A DNA stretch of 64,000 nucleotides from Dehalococcoidia bacterium (GCA_963663235.2 CAXXNO010000011.1:1-64000), one strand, 5' to 3'. Positions 30,932 to 41,154 are shown, counted from the stretch's first letter. Notes: generated by a model not told the origin, from the sequence alone. Made by a program: numbers and translations.

Positions 30932-31980
30932 TATAGGACCACAAAACACGGATCGTGTCTGAGATTGCGCCGGAGCGCCCGCCCGCCGAGCCTCCTCCCA
31001 GATGGGAGGGACGCATGCGCACCGTGCTTGCCCTATTCGTTGGACTGCTGGCTCGCGTCGGACGCTCGCGGCAGGATCTTCTCCTCGAGAACTTCGCCCT
31101 GCGCCATCACCTGATGCTGTGCGCGCGCCGCCCGCGCGTGACCGAGGTCGATCGTCTGCTCTGGGCGCACCTCCGCCGTCGCTGGTCGGGCTGGCGCACG
31201 TCCCTGGTGATCCTCCATCCGGACACGGTCGGGCGGTGGCATCGCACCGGCTGGGGCCGGTTCTGGACCTGGACCTGATTCTCCGCCGTGCGCGGGAGAA
31301 TCCGCGCTGGGGCGCGGTGCGCATCCGGGCCGCGCTGCGGACGCTCGGTTCCGACGTGCGGGCGGAGACGGTCCGCCGCTACCGGCGGCAGGCCATGCGG
31401 CGGCCGCCTGCGCAGCGCTGGCGGACCTTCCTCCCCAACCAGCGCGGCGTCCTCTGGGCGGCGGACTTCTGCCCCGTCCCGACGCTCACGTTCGGGACGG
31501 TGTCCGTCTTCTTCCTCATCGCGCATGCCCGGCGCCGCATCGAGTCCGTCAACCTCACGGCCTATCCCACGGCGGCCTGGACCTGGCAGCCGCTGATCGA
31601 GGCCACGGCCTGGACCCATCGCCCGCGCCTACGGGCGCGACGGCGTGGCCCGGGCGCAGCGGCTTGGGATTGGGCCGATCTGGACACCGGTGCGGGCTCC
31701 GCAAGCGAATGCCGTGGCCGAGCGCTGGGTCGGGACGCTCCGACGCGAGGGCTTGAATGACATCACTCCGCTCAACGCGCGGCACCTGCAGCGGATCGTC
31801 CAAGAGTTCGTCGCCTCTGACAACGAGACTCGTCCCCATCGGACCCTCGCCCTCCATCCGCCAGCCGGGCCGCGCGCGCCACAGCGGCACGGGCGCGTCG
31901 TCGCGCCCCCGATTCTGGGAGGCCTCCATCATCGCTACGAACGGGCCGCTGCCTGACGATCCGTATTTTGTGGCCCGACA
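30932..31980 (+). mobile_element. IS481/IS3-like (rve integrase core) element, heavily mutated with internal deletions
   Basis: TIRs TATAGGACCACAAAACACGGATCGT / ACGATCCGTATTTTGTGGCCCGACA; fragments LLLENFALRH, WAADFC, ANAVAER, ILGGLHH. Confidence 0.9.
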
Positions 31981-32010
31981 GGCAGAGCGGGCGGCGATCG
32001 CCGCGGGCCG

Positions 32011-32754
32011 TTAGTAGATGATGAAGATGATCCGGACGGAGGCGGTGACCTGTTCGTCGCCCCCGAAGATGGGGGCGGCGGTGGGCTCGGAGTCGGCGGC
32101 ATCCTCGGCCGGGACCTCCTCAACGCCGACCGGGGTGCTGTGGCCGCTCTCCTCGATGACGCGCACGCGGCCCAAGTGGACGCCGGCGCGCTCGGCCATG
32201 GCGGCCGCCTTGCGGCGGGCTTCGTCGATGGCGGCGAGCCGGGCGGTGTCCTCCAAGGCGGCGCGGTTGCTGACGAGGAAACGGATGCGGCTGATGGAAA
32301 CGGCGTCGCCGCCAGCTCCCACCGCGGCGTCGATGACGTCGCCGATCGTGTCCACGCCGTCGATGATGACGCGAATGGTGTTGCTGAAACGGAAGCCGAT
32401 GCTGACGCGCGCTTCCACGGTGTAGTCAAAGTCCTCGTCGAGGGCAATGCGGACGGTCTGGAGGTCTTCATCGGCGACGCCGTGCTCGCTGAGCGCGGCG
32501 CGGACGCCGTTCAGCGCCTCCGCGCCAGCGGCCAGGGCCTCGGACGCGGTGGGCCGGCGCGCGGAGACGTGGATGTCGATGCTTGCGCCGTCGGGCGCCG
32601 CGGTGACCGTGGCCGAGCCGGTGACCGTCAGGGTGCGCAAGACGTGCAGCGGCCCGTGCGCTTCCGTGCGCTGGCTCCCGCCCAGCGCGAACACCCCCAC
32701 AGCCAGCGCCGCGGCCAATGCGATCCCAATGCCCATCATGCGCAGTCGTCCCAT
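32011..32754 (-). CDS. SIMPL (DUF541) domain protein
   Basis: Signal peptide; TVTGSATVTAAPD, AIDEARRKA...LGRV. Confidence 0.9.
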   Translation of the reverse strand: MGRLRMMGIGIALAAALAVGVFALGGSQRTEAHGPLHVLRTLTVTGSATVTAAPDGASIDIHVSARRPTASEALAAGAEALNGVRAALSEHGVADEDLQTVRIALDEDFDYTVEARVSIGFRFSNTIRVIIDGVDTIGDVIDAAVGAGGDAVSISRIRFLVSNRAALEDTARLAAIDEARRKAAAMAERAGVHLGRVRVIEESGHSTPVGVEEVPAEDAADSEPTAAPIFGGDEQVTASVRIIFIIY

Positions 32755-33044
32755 TGCGGTTCCCCTTCGCTGGGAAGCCCACCGTCGGTGGGGCTCCCGC
32801 CGCCTGATCAACGCCGTGCCCGATGCCTTGGTTCCGCGCGCCGGGCGCGCCGCGGCGGTGAGAGTAATGGTGCGCCGTCGCGGAGAGAGCCCCCCATCGC
32901 GCTACCCGACCAGCGGCGGCGGCTCACCGAGCGCTGGCGAGCTTTGCTTGTTGCACGCGTTGCCACGGAAGCGCCGGAGCACCGAATCCCCCCACGATCG
33001 CAGTCACTTGAAACGCCGACATCTAATGTAGAGCACATCGAACA

Positions 33045-33876
33045 GGTTCTGTCAGAACACAGGGCACGGATGACGCGCAGTGAAGCCCCTCACTGTTGCC
33101 CTGTCTACGCCGCCGCCATTTCGGCGATCAGTGCATGCCAGCGCCCGACGAAGCGTCGTCGCTGCTCGGCCAGGGGGACGCCCTCGCCGCGGCGACCGCG
33201 AGCGCGCAAGTACTGGCGGAGCTCCTCAAACGCCGAGCAGAAGCGTGCCGCTGAGGCGAAGCTCCCGAAACCGAGCATCGGGTCATCGCGCTGCTGCACC
33301 GCGCGGTGGTCCTGTTCCGTGAGGTTGTTGCGGTATGGATTCGTCCGGTGCACGACCTTCCGTCCCAGGATCCAGCGGATCGCTCTGCGGTACGGCGGAG
33401 GCTGGTCCGTGGTGACGCGCGGCGGCTTGCGCTCGGCCACGTCAACGAGTCGCCGCAGGAAACGCCGCGCGGCGTGCTTGTCGCGGTGCTCGCTGCGCAT
33501 GGAGTCGAGGAGCACCCCCTCGCGGTCGATGGCGCGGTCGAGAGAGCACCAGCGCCCGGCGCCCTTCACGGAGGTCTCGTCCAGGGACCAGGAGCCGCCG
33601 GCCTGGCCGCGCCGCTTCGCTCGCAGCGGGTCCGCGAGCCGCGGGGCGAAGCGGACCTCCCAGGCGCGGATCGGCTCGTGCGTGACCTCGAAGCCGCGCT
33701 GGAGGAGCAGCGCAGCGACGTCGCGGAAGCCCAGCGTGGAGCGGAGACGCCAGAGCACGGCGAGCAGCACGATGTCCGTTGGGTACTGCAGATCGTTGAA
33801 GGGCGTGCCGGTCCGCTCGTTGAAGCGCCGCCGACAGGCCTGGCAGCGGAACCGCCGGGAGCCGAGTGCGGTGCGG
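33045..33876 (-). mobile_element. IS6-family element, 5'-truncated and hypermutated
   Basis: TIR GGTTCTGTCAGA at 33045; DET, TTD, EQDHR motifs; interrupted by the IS at 33877. Confidence 0.92.
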
Positions 33877-34998
33877 CCGTGGGGCGGCAAAACCTCATGC
33901 GGCCCACCGATACTCATGATGCAACCCTCCTAGCACCGGCTTGCTGTCGACTCGCTGGCTCGGCATCCGCTGCATCGGCTTGCGTCCCTCCGGAGAGTCG
34001 AGCGCCAATGACCGATGCGGCCGCATCGCGTTGTAGTGCTGGACGTACTCACCAAGCACCCGCCTCAGATGCCGTTCGTTGACGGCGATGACGTGATCGA
34101 GGCACTCGCGCCGGAGCGTCCCGATCACCCGCTCGGCGATGGCGTTGGCGTTCGGCGCGCGCACCGGAGTCAGAATCGTCTCGATCCCGATCCGTCGAGC
34201 GCGTGCGATGAAGTCCCCGCCATAGCTACGGTCGCGGTCTCGGATGAGGAACCCTGGCTGCTCACCCCAGACGGTCGCCTCGATCATCTGCCTCCAGATC
34301 CAGGGCGCGATCGGGTGCTCCGTGACGTTCCAGTGCCGGATGCGGCGCCGGCCGTGGTCGATCACGACGAACACGTAGAGCGTGCGGAAGGTGAGGGTCT
34401 GCACCGTGAACAGGTCAGCAGCCCAGATGCTGGACGGGTGGTTGCGCAGAAACGTGCGCCACGACTGACTCGGCGGTCGCCGGAGCGCCTGCTGACGGTA
34501 GCGGCTCACGGTGCGAGCGCTCACGTCGAAGCCAAGCGCACGCAGCTCACCAACGATGCGGACGGCGCCGCACCATGGATTCTCAGTGGCGATGCGCAGG
34601 ATCAGCCGCTGCCACTCGGCGGGAATGTGGGGACGCCCAGGTCCGCGACGACTCTTCCAGCGCCAGTAGGCGCGCCAAGCAGAACGATGCCACCGCACAA
34701 CCGTGTCCGGCTCGACCATCACGAGCGTGCCTCGCCAGCCGGACCAACCGCGTGCCAGTAGTGACCAGAATCGGCGGTCGTGGCGACGGAGCCGCAGTCG
34801 ACGACGGCCCCGGGTGTAGACGGCGAGCTGATGCCGCAGCGCTAAGTTCTCGAGGACGAGATCTCGGCGGGCGCGGACCGAAGCGAAGAGTGCTGCGACA
34901 AGCAGACGGAGGTAGAGCACAGACGAGCCTCTCGTGGCTCGCCGATACTCTGCTATCTCAGGACAGAGCTGCACCTATCAGGTTTTGCCGTCCCACGG
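33877..34998 (-). mobile_element. IS481/IS3-like element, near intact (transposase 33895..34920)
   Basis: TIR CCGTGGG(G/A)CGGCAAAACCT at both ends; WAADLF, IRDRD, AERVIGTLRRECLD, YNAMRPH; flanks GTGCGG / GTACGG. Confidence 0.92.
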
Positions 34999-35228
34999 GT
35001 ACGGCCTACCGTCAAGTCAGGTCCACCAGACTTGACGGAATCAAGAACCTTCACGCTGAGATTCACACTGGCGCTGTAGATATTCCGTCGTGGGGAGGAG
35101 ACGTAGCCTTCCCGAATTGAAGTGGTGGTAGCCGCCGGCCGGCGCACCGCCAACGAGGTCATCCAGGATTCCGAATGTCACAGCAGACTCGCCCGCCGTT
35201 TCCCGGTCTCCTCTCCGCCCCTAAGCTC

Positions 35229-36392
35229 CTACTGATACATCCAGGCGTCGAAAAGGTCGTTCGCCCGAACGCCGTTTGCGTCAACTAGCTGCGCGTCCGA
35301 GCCAAAGCCAATCCAGGCGATCTGGCTCTCTCCAACAATCAACGCGGGCTTGCCCTCTGGGGCAGCGCTGAAGATGAGCGTATCCGTGCCGCTTCCACCC
35401 AGCAGTGGCAGTTCCCACCCTCCGGTGGATGGCTCCAAGACGTACAACACAATCTCGCCCTGAACAAACACGGGCTTGCTGAAGGTGACATCCACGTTGC
35501 CATCACCGTTGCGGGCGAGACCCAAGACCGTGGCCGGCCCTTGGACGCCGCTGGAGAGCGCCTCCGGCGGAAGCTCTATGTAGTTCTCAGGCGGTTCTAT
35601 CGAAAGGGGCTCCCCGAAACCGTGGTAGCGGATGGTGACGACGTCGCCTGCCTCACCGCCGAGGCCCACCACGGAGACCCGGACCTCCCTGGTCAGAAAG
35701 TCATCGGCGCCCACGACACGGGTGAGGTTGCCGGCTGACAGAAGGTCCCTGCCGCCCATCCCGCCGCTCTGTTCGGCGGGATGTTCAGTGACAAGCACGT
35801 AGCCCTTGGTCCCGTCGTCGAAGGTCACCATCTCCCCCAGCGTGGTTGGGACGTCGTTCGGCAGGTACAGCAGCCCGACCATCTGCATAACGCTCAACAG
35901 CGCGTCATCGGGAGGAGCGCCCTTGACCCACTGCATGGATGCTGGGTCTTGGAAGTAGGTGTCCGCTCCGATGGTCACGCCATTGATGTCGATTGTCTGC
36001 CCCGCGGGCCCCAGGGATACGGTGTATTGGAGCTTGTCCGGCAGAAGAACCCCGCCGCTCAGCCGCATGAGGCCCTCCCCAGCTCCCTCCGGCGCGCCTT
36101 CCACAGGAAAGACGGCCAGCAGATTGAACGTTGCGTCAAAGGAGAAGCTCTCATACTGCTGCATGGCCTGGGTGTTGCACGCAATGACCGTTGTAGTGTC
36201 GTCCAACGTGCTGCCTGCCGTACAACCGTCGGCAAGGATGATGCCGCCGGAAACGGCGACGCCGGGATCGATGCTGGTTGTGGGGTCCGTGACGACGGAC
36301 GGCTGCGCCGTCGTTTCGGAGTCGTCCCCGCAGGCGGCTAAGGCCGCGAACGCCAGAGCGATGACCATTGCCAGGAAGAAGCTCTTTTTCAC
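35229..36392 (-). CDS. Lipoprotein (LppX/LolA-like fold possible)
   Basis: Lipobox LAAC; GTG start after AAGGGA. Confidence 0.75.
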   Translation of the reverse strand: MKKSFFLAMVIALAFAALAACGDDSETTAQPSVVTDPTTSIDPGVAVSGGIILADGCTAGSTLDDTTTVIACNTQAMQQYESFSFDATFNLLAVFPVEGAPEGAGEGLMRLSGGVLLPDKLQYTVSLGPAGQTIDINGVTIGADTYFQDPASMQWVKGAPPDDALLSVMQMVGLLYLPNDVPTTLGEMVTFDDGTKGYVLVTEHPAEQSGGMGGRDLLSAGNLTRVVGADDFLTREVRVSVVGLGGEAGDVVTIRYHGFGEPLSIEPPENYIELPPEALSSGVQGPATVLGLARNGDGNVDVTFSKPVFVQGEIVLYVLEPSTGGWELPLLGGSGTDTLIFSAAPEGKPALIVGESQIAWIGFGSDAQLVDANGVRANDLFDAWMYQ

Positions 36393-36544
36393 GTCAGTTC
36401 CCTTCGATGAGGATTTCCATCTGATCCAATAGGTCTGGGCCCGGAAGGCCGCTACCTCTATCGTCAGTGGCTTTCATACCATTACACAGAGAAGTACCTA
36501 GTGGCGTGATGTGGCTGGGGTACGGCGGCGCGTGGCCAGACGAC

Positions 36545-36715
36545 GCGCCGGTGGAGGGTCGCGCCCCCAGCCGCGCAGCGGTCGAGCATCGCCAGCGCTG
36601 CCTCGCGCTCGGCGTAGCCGCTCGCCTGGGTCAACTCGACGTCCAGCACCAGGCCGTGGCGGTTCTCGGTGAGCAGATGGCCCAGGTAGCAGAGCTTCGC
36701 CGTCTGTCTCCGGGC
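36545..36715 (-). mobile_element. IS5-family transposase internal fragment
   Basis: Translates AKLCYLGHLLTENRHGLVLDVELTQASGYAEREAALAML. Confidence 0.7.
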
Positions 36716-36768
36716 CGTGGGGCGGAGCCTCCCGAGCGGAGGGAGCCGCGCCCGCGATCTCCTCCCCC

Positions 36769-38004
36769 TTGCAGGTGGAGCAGCTGCCGATCGCGGATCT
36801 CCATCCCGATCCGGGCAACCCCCGCCGCATCGGGGAGGACGAACTGGCGGCCCTGACCCGCTCGATCGCCACGTTCGGGGTCGTCGACCCGGTGCTCGCC
36901 CGCCGCGCCGACCGGCGCGTGATCGCCGGCCACCAGCGGCTCGTCGCCGCCCGCCGCGCTGGCCTCACGACGGTGCCGGTGATCCTGCTCGACCTCCCGG
37001 CGGAGGACGCCCGGCTGCTCAACGTCGCCCTGAACCGGATCGGCGGGGAGTGGGACGCCGACCTGCTGGCCCGCCTGCTGATCGACCTGCGCACCACGGC
37101 GGACCGCGACCTGACGCTGAGCGGCTTCGCCGAGGCCGATCTCCAGGACCTGCTCACTCGCTTCGACCAGCGGGAGAAACGGGCCCGCCCGGAGCGGTTC
37201 GACCTGGACGAGGCGCTGGCGGCGGTCGACCGCGAGGCCAGCGGGATCGCCCCCGGCGCCGGCTGGCAGCTGGGCGCGCACCGCCTCTTCCGGGGCGACG
37301 CCACGGACGCGGCGTTCGTGGCCCGGTGCCTGGGCGACGGGCCCGCGGCCCTGGTCTTCACGGACCCGCCCTACAACGTGGCCTACGGCGCCCACGGCGG
37401 CCGGGCGGCCGACGCGCCCGCCCGGCGCCTCGTCAACGACGCCATGCCCGAGGAGGAGTGGGAGCGCTTCTGCCGGGCCTGGGCGGTGAGCCTGGCGGCC
37501 AACGCGGCCGGCGCCCTGTACGTCTGCATGAGCAGCAAGGAGTGGCCGGTCGTCTGCCGCGCCCTGGCCGAGGCCGGGGCGCACTGGTCGGACACGATCA
37601 TCTGGGCCAAGGACCGCTTCACGCTGGGCCGGGCCGACTATCAGCGCCAGTACGAGCCGATCTGGTACGGCTGGCCCCAGGGGACCACCCGTCAGTGGCA
37701 GGGCGGGCGCGACCAGAGCGACGTCTGGCACATCCCGCGTCCCGCCGCCTCGCCGCTGCACCCCACCCAGAAGCCGCTGGCCCTGGTCGAGCGGGCGATC
37801 GCGAACTCCAGCACCCCCGGCGCCACGGTCCTGGACCCCTTCTGCGGCGCGGGCACGACGCTGATCGCCTGCGAGCGCACCGGGCGCCGGGCCGTCGGGG
37901 TCGAGATCGACCCGCGCTACGTGGCGGCCACGATCGCGCGCTGGGAGGCGTTCACGGGCGCGGCCGCCGTGCCCCTGGAACCGAGGGAGGCGACCGATGG
38001 CTAG
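36769..38004 (+). CDS. ParB-like N-terminal domain fused to N4/N6 DNA methyltransferase (phage type)
   Basis: NPR...IAGHQRL (ParB); TDPPYN, HPTQKP, DPFCGAGTT. Confidence 0.92.
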   Translation: MQVEQLPIADLHPDPGNPRRIGEDELAALTRSIATFGVVDPVLARRADRRVIAGHQRLVAARRAGLTTVPVILLDLPAEDARLLNVALNRIGGEWDADLLARLLIDLRTTADRDLTLSGFAEADLQDLLTRFDQREKRARPERFDLDEALAAVDREASGIAPGAGWQLGAHRLFRGDATDAAFVARCLGDGPAALVFTDPPYNVAYGAHGGRAADAPARRLVNDAMPEEEWERFCRAWAVSLAANAAGALYVCMSSKEWPVVCRALAEAGAHWSDTIIWAKDRFTLGRADYQRQYEPIWYGWPQGTTRQWQGGRDQSDVWHIPRPAASPLHPTQKPLALVERAIANSSTPGATVLDPFCGAGTTLIACERTGRRAVGVEIDPRYVAATIARWEAFTGAAAVPLEPREATDG

Positions 38005-38392
38005 CCGTCCCGCCTGCCAGGCACTGACCCAGAACGGGCGCCCCTGCCGGGCGCCGTCCCTGCGCGCGGGCAGCGCCTGCTTCTGGCACGCGCCCGAGTC
38101 CCGCGAGGACGCCACCGAGGCGCGCCGGCTGGGGGGCCTGCGCCGCCGGCGCGAGGGCACGGTCGGGGGCGCCTACGGCCTGGAGGGGTTCCGCACGGAC
38201 GCGGATCTGCAGCGCGTCCTGGAGCTGGCGCTGACCGACACGCTGGAGCTGGAGAACTCGATCGCGCGCGCGCGGGCGCTGGCCCACCTGGTGTCCGTCG
38301 GGGTCCGGGTCAAGGAGACCGCGGAGTTCGAGGCGCGCCTGCGGGCGCTGGAGGTGGGCGTGGGGCGGGAGGCCTCCGATGCGGGGCCGTGA
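37997..38392 (+). CDS. Phage/satellite hypothetical protein with N-terminal C-x9-C-x10-C-x2-H motif
   Basis: CQALTQNGRPC...CFWH; ends EARLRALE; start overlaps the MTase stop. Confidence 0.7.
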   Translation: MASRPACQALTQNGRPCRAPSLRAGSACFWHAPESREDATEARRLGGLRRRREGTVGGAYGLEGFRTDADLQRVLELALTDTLELENSIARARALAHLVSVGVRVKETAEFEARLRALEVGVGREASDAGP

Positions 38393-39101
38393 GCGCCGCC
38401 TCCACACGGTCGCGACCCGCCTGACGGTGCGGCAGCGGGTCGTGGCGCTGCTCGCGGCCGGGCCCGGCGATGCCGTGCTGCGCGACAGCCTCTGGCGCGG
38501 GCTCACGCCGGGCGAGCGGGCCGCATTCCGCCGCGACTGCGCCCGGCTCGATCACCTCGACGCGACCGCGCACCTGTGCCTGGCCTGGGCCGCGGGCCAA
38601 GTCGGCGCGCTGGAGGCGGTCGCGGGCTGGTTCGCGACCGTCCGCCTCGGCGCCGTCCTGGCGGAGTCCCTGGAGGACGCACTTGACTGCGGGGAGCCCC
38701 GTCGCGGCCCGGGCGCGGGCGGCGACGGGGACCTGAACAAGGCGGCGCGCCGGGTCGCGCGCCGGCTGCGGGGTCTGGCGGCGGGCGCGAGCGGCGCCGG
38801 TGGCCGGGAACCGCTGCGGCCGATCCTCGACGCCCGCCTCCGCGCCGGCGTCCCCGAGCTGCACCACCTGCTCCGCGCGTTGGAGATCGAGGTCGCGGCG
38901 TGCGCCGCGGCACTCGGCGCCGATCCGCTCGACCCCGCACTCCAGACCATCGCGGACCGCTGCCGCGCGCGGCTCAGGCCGCTTCCCGATCTGCCCGGGC
39001 TGGACCCGCCCATCGCGCTGACCGAGCCATCCGACGACGATGTCGCCGCGTTCGCCGCCCGCTGCCGCCCCGAGGAGGGTTCGGACGATGCCGCCTGGTA
39101 A
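38379..39101 (+). CDS. Hypothetical protein of the integrative element
   Basis: Overlaps the upstream gene; GGGAGG RBS. Confidence 0.6.
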   Translation: MRGRERRLHTVATRLTVRQRVVALLAAGPGDAVLRDSLWRGLTPGERAAFRRDCARLDHLDATAHLCLAWAAGQVGALEAVAGWFATVRLGAVLAESLEDALDCGEPRRGPGAGGDGDLNKAARRVARRLRGLAAGASGAGGREPLRPILDARLRAGVPELHHLLRALEIEVAACAAALGADPLDPALQTIADRCRARLRPLPDLPGLDPPIALTEPSDDDVAAFAARCRPEEGSDDAAW

Positions 39102-39171
39102 GTTACCGGCCGGACCCCGATCCGATAGCTCCCCTTACCATCCGATACCTCTGGTATCGATCGCGCGGTTG

Positions 39172-40158
39172 CTAAGGGTGGTAAGCCGGGGCGCGGGGGC
39201 CGGAGGGCGCGGGGCCGGCAGCCAGCAGACGGGCGGCGGGGCTGAAGGCGGCGTGCGCATCCGCCGCCTTGGCCGCGTCGTAGGTGGCGGAGTAGCGCCG
39301 CACCATGGCCGAGGTCGAGTGGCCCAAGAGGTACTGCACGTCCAGCTCCCGGGCGTGGTTCTCGATCGCCCAGGTGGCGAAGGTGTGGCGGAAGCGATGC
39401 GGGTTGGCGTGGACGCCGGCGCGCGCGCCCAGCCGGGTGAAGAGAGTGCCCAGGAGGTACGGGTTCATCGGCCCGCGGGGCTTCCTGGAGCGTTCGATCG
39501 TGAGGAACAGCGCCCCCGGCGCCTCGCTGCGGAAGCGCGCGATATAGTCGCGCAGCGCCTCGTCCGGTCCGTCGCCGAAGGGGACCACGCGCTGCTTGCG
39601 GCCCTTGCCGTGGCGGATGTGGATGCGCCGGGTCTCCCAGGACACGTCGGCCAGGGTGAGCCGGTGCAGCTCCGTGTAGCGCAGGCCGGTATCGAGGAAG
39701 AGCAGGATGATGGCCCGGTTGCGGCAGCCGAACTCCGTGGTGGGGTCGCAGACGTCCAGCAGCGCCTGGATCTCGTCCTCGGTGAGCGGCTGGATCACCT
39801 TCTGCTCCACTTTGACGTTGGGGATGCCCGTGAACGGGTTCCGCGCCGTATAGCCCATGCGAGTGCACCAGGAGAAGAAGGCCCGGGTCTCGCGGAAGCG
39901 GCGGTGCCGGGTGCCCAGGGAGACGCCGCCGTCGGCGATGACCTTGAGGAAGGCGTAGATGTGGGCCGGGCGGAAGGCCGCGACCCGATCGGGTAGGCCT
40001 TCGGCGGCGCAGATGGCGCGGAAGCGGCGCAGGGTCTCGGCGTAGGCCTGGACGGTGCGCCGGGTCTTGCCCTCCACCTCGCAGGCCGCCAGGTAGGCCG
40101 CGATCGCCTCATCCAGGCCGGTCCCCTCACCCGGGTCCGCTGCGAATTCCGCCGCCAT
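39172..40158 (-). CDS. Tyrosine recombinase / integrase
   Basis: DTGLRYTEL, GKGRKQR, HRFRHTFA, LLGHS, RRY catalytic residues. Confidence 0.95.
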   Translation of the reverse strand: MAAEFAADPGEGTGLDEAIAAYLAACEVEGKTRRTVQAYAETLRRFRAICAAEGLPDRVAAFRPAHIYAFLKVIADGGVSLGTRHRRFRETRAFFSWCTRMGYTARNPFTGIPNVKVEQKVIQPLTEDEIQALLDVCDPTTEFGCRNRAIILLFLDTGLRYTELHRLTLADVSWETRRIHIRHGKGRKQRVVPFGDGPDEALRDYIARFRSEAPGALFLTIERSRKPRGPMNPYLLGTLFTRLGARAGVHANPHRFRHTFATWAIENHARELDVQYLLGHSTSAMVRRYSATYDAAKAADAHAAFSPAARLLAAGPAPSGPRAPAYHP

Positions 40159-40296
40159 GACCCCCTCCTTTCGGCGAGTTCATGGACGCTCTGGCGGAGG
40201 ACGAAGTCAAGCGGATTCCGGAGCCGAACTTTTGCAGTCCGCTGCTCCAGGCCTGGATTCGGGCCGGATTCGCGGTGGTCCCATGAAGAAGCGGGA

Positions 40297-40341
40297 TGGT
40301 GGGCCCTCAGGGATTCGAACCCTGGACCTTCGGATTAAAAG
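40297..40341 (-). tRNA. 3' fragment of tRNA-Lys(UUU), putative att core; not a complete tRNA
   Basis: Minus strand CTTTTAATCCGAAGGTCCAGGGTTCGAATCCCTGAGGGCCCACCA: anticodon loop, T-arm, acceptor 3' strand and CCA; no D-arm or 5' half upstream. Confidence 0.85.
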
Positions 40342-40455
40342 GAAGCAGCTCGGTCGGTTTGAGAGCGGGTGCCGGCCGCACTCCGCGACGATGTGGGCGT
40401 CCGCGTAGAGCGGGCTGCGTGGGCCGAGAAGTGGACAGGTGGCACTCGACGTCTC

Positions 40456-41154
40456 CTACGCAACCAGCGTTCCGCGGGCCTTGCGACCCGAGTGGGGGAC
40501 GTGGAGCAGCGCGCGATACATGCGCGTCGCTGTTCTCGGTTCCTGCGGCAGTATGGGCACCGGGGCAGCAGTGAGGGCATCATCCCAGCCCGCAGCGAAG
40601 GCCTGATCGCGATCCCGTTTCTTATAGACGGCGCTGCGCGACACGTTCGCAGCTTCACAGGCGGCGCGGACGTTCCGCGTCTCCGCGAGCACGGCCAAGA
40701 ACCGTGGTTCCCACCCACGCCGCGCCCGAACGCGGTGTCGGACTGGTCCGCGCCATGCCGCCGGTGCCGATGTCTCCATTGGCGTATGGTCTTCCGCCGG
40801 AATCTCCTGCACCACCCCCGGGTGGTGGCCGACCGGCGCGGGCCGACGGGCCGCATACCGTTTCCCAGGCGCCGGGCCGTACTGCTCCGGTCGGAGGAGT
40901 TGGAGAATGAAGCGCAGGGCCGTACCAGACCCCTGCATCCCCGACACCCGTAGCGCCCCGAGCATGCGGTCATAGAACTCATCAGCGATCTCGGTGAAAC
41001 GGGCGTCAAACGGATCGTCGCTCTCCCGGCGCCGATGCACGGTCCGGGGACTCACGCCAGCCGCGCGGGCTGCCCAGCCGATGTCGCCACAGACCGCGAA
41101 GGCCTCAAAGAACCGGGGTTCCCAATCGCTTGGAGGCCGTCCTCGACGCGGCAT
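40456..41154 (-). CDS. Tandem HTH protein resembling phage terminase small subunits
   Basis: Two repeats WEPRF...AA(R/C)xAAxVSxxxVxxxRxxDxxF. Confidence 0.65.
   Translation of the reverse strand: MPRRGRPPSDWEPRFFEAFAVCGDIGWAARAAGVSPRTVHRRRESDDPFDARFTEIADEFYDRMLGALRVSGMQGSGTALRFILQLLRPEQYGPAPGKRYAARRPAPVGHHPGVVQEIPAEDHTPMETSAPAAWRGPVRHRVRARRGWEPRFLAVLAETRNVRAACEAANVSRSAVYKKRDRDQAFAAGWDDALTAAPVPILPQEPRTATRMYRALLHVPHSGRKARGTLVA

Noticed and set aside
32870-32960. Possible additional IS6 3' remnant (PIALPDQRRRLTERWRALL)
   Set aside because: Similarity to the IS6 C-terminus is short and no TIR is visible; too weak to list as a feature.
39118-39163. TCCGATA repeats and a small inverted repeat between convergent genes
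   Set aside because: Could be a terminator or binding site, but too short to distinguish from chance.
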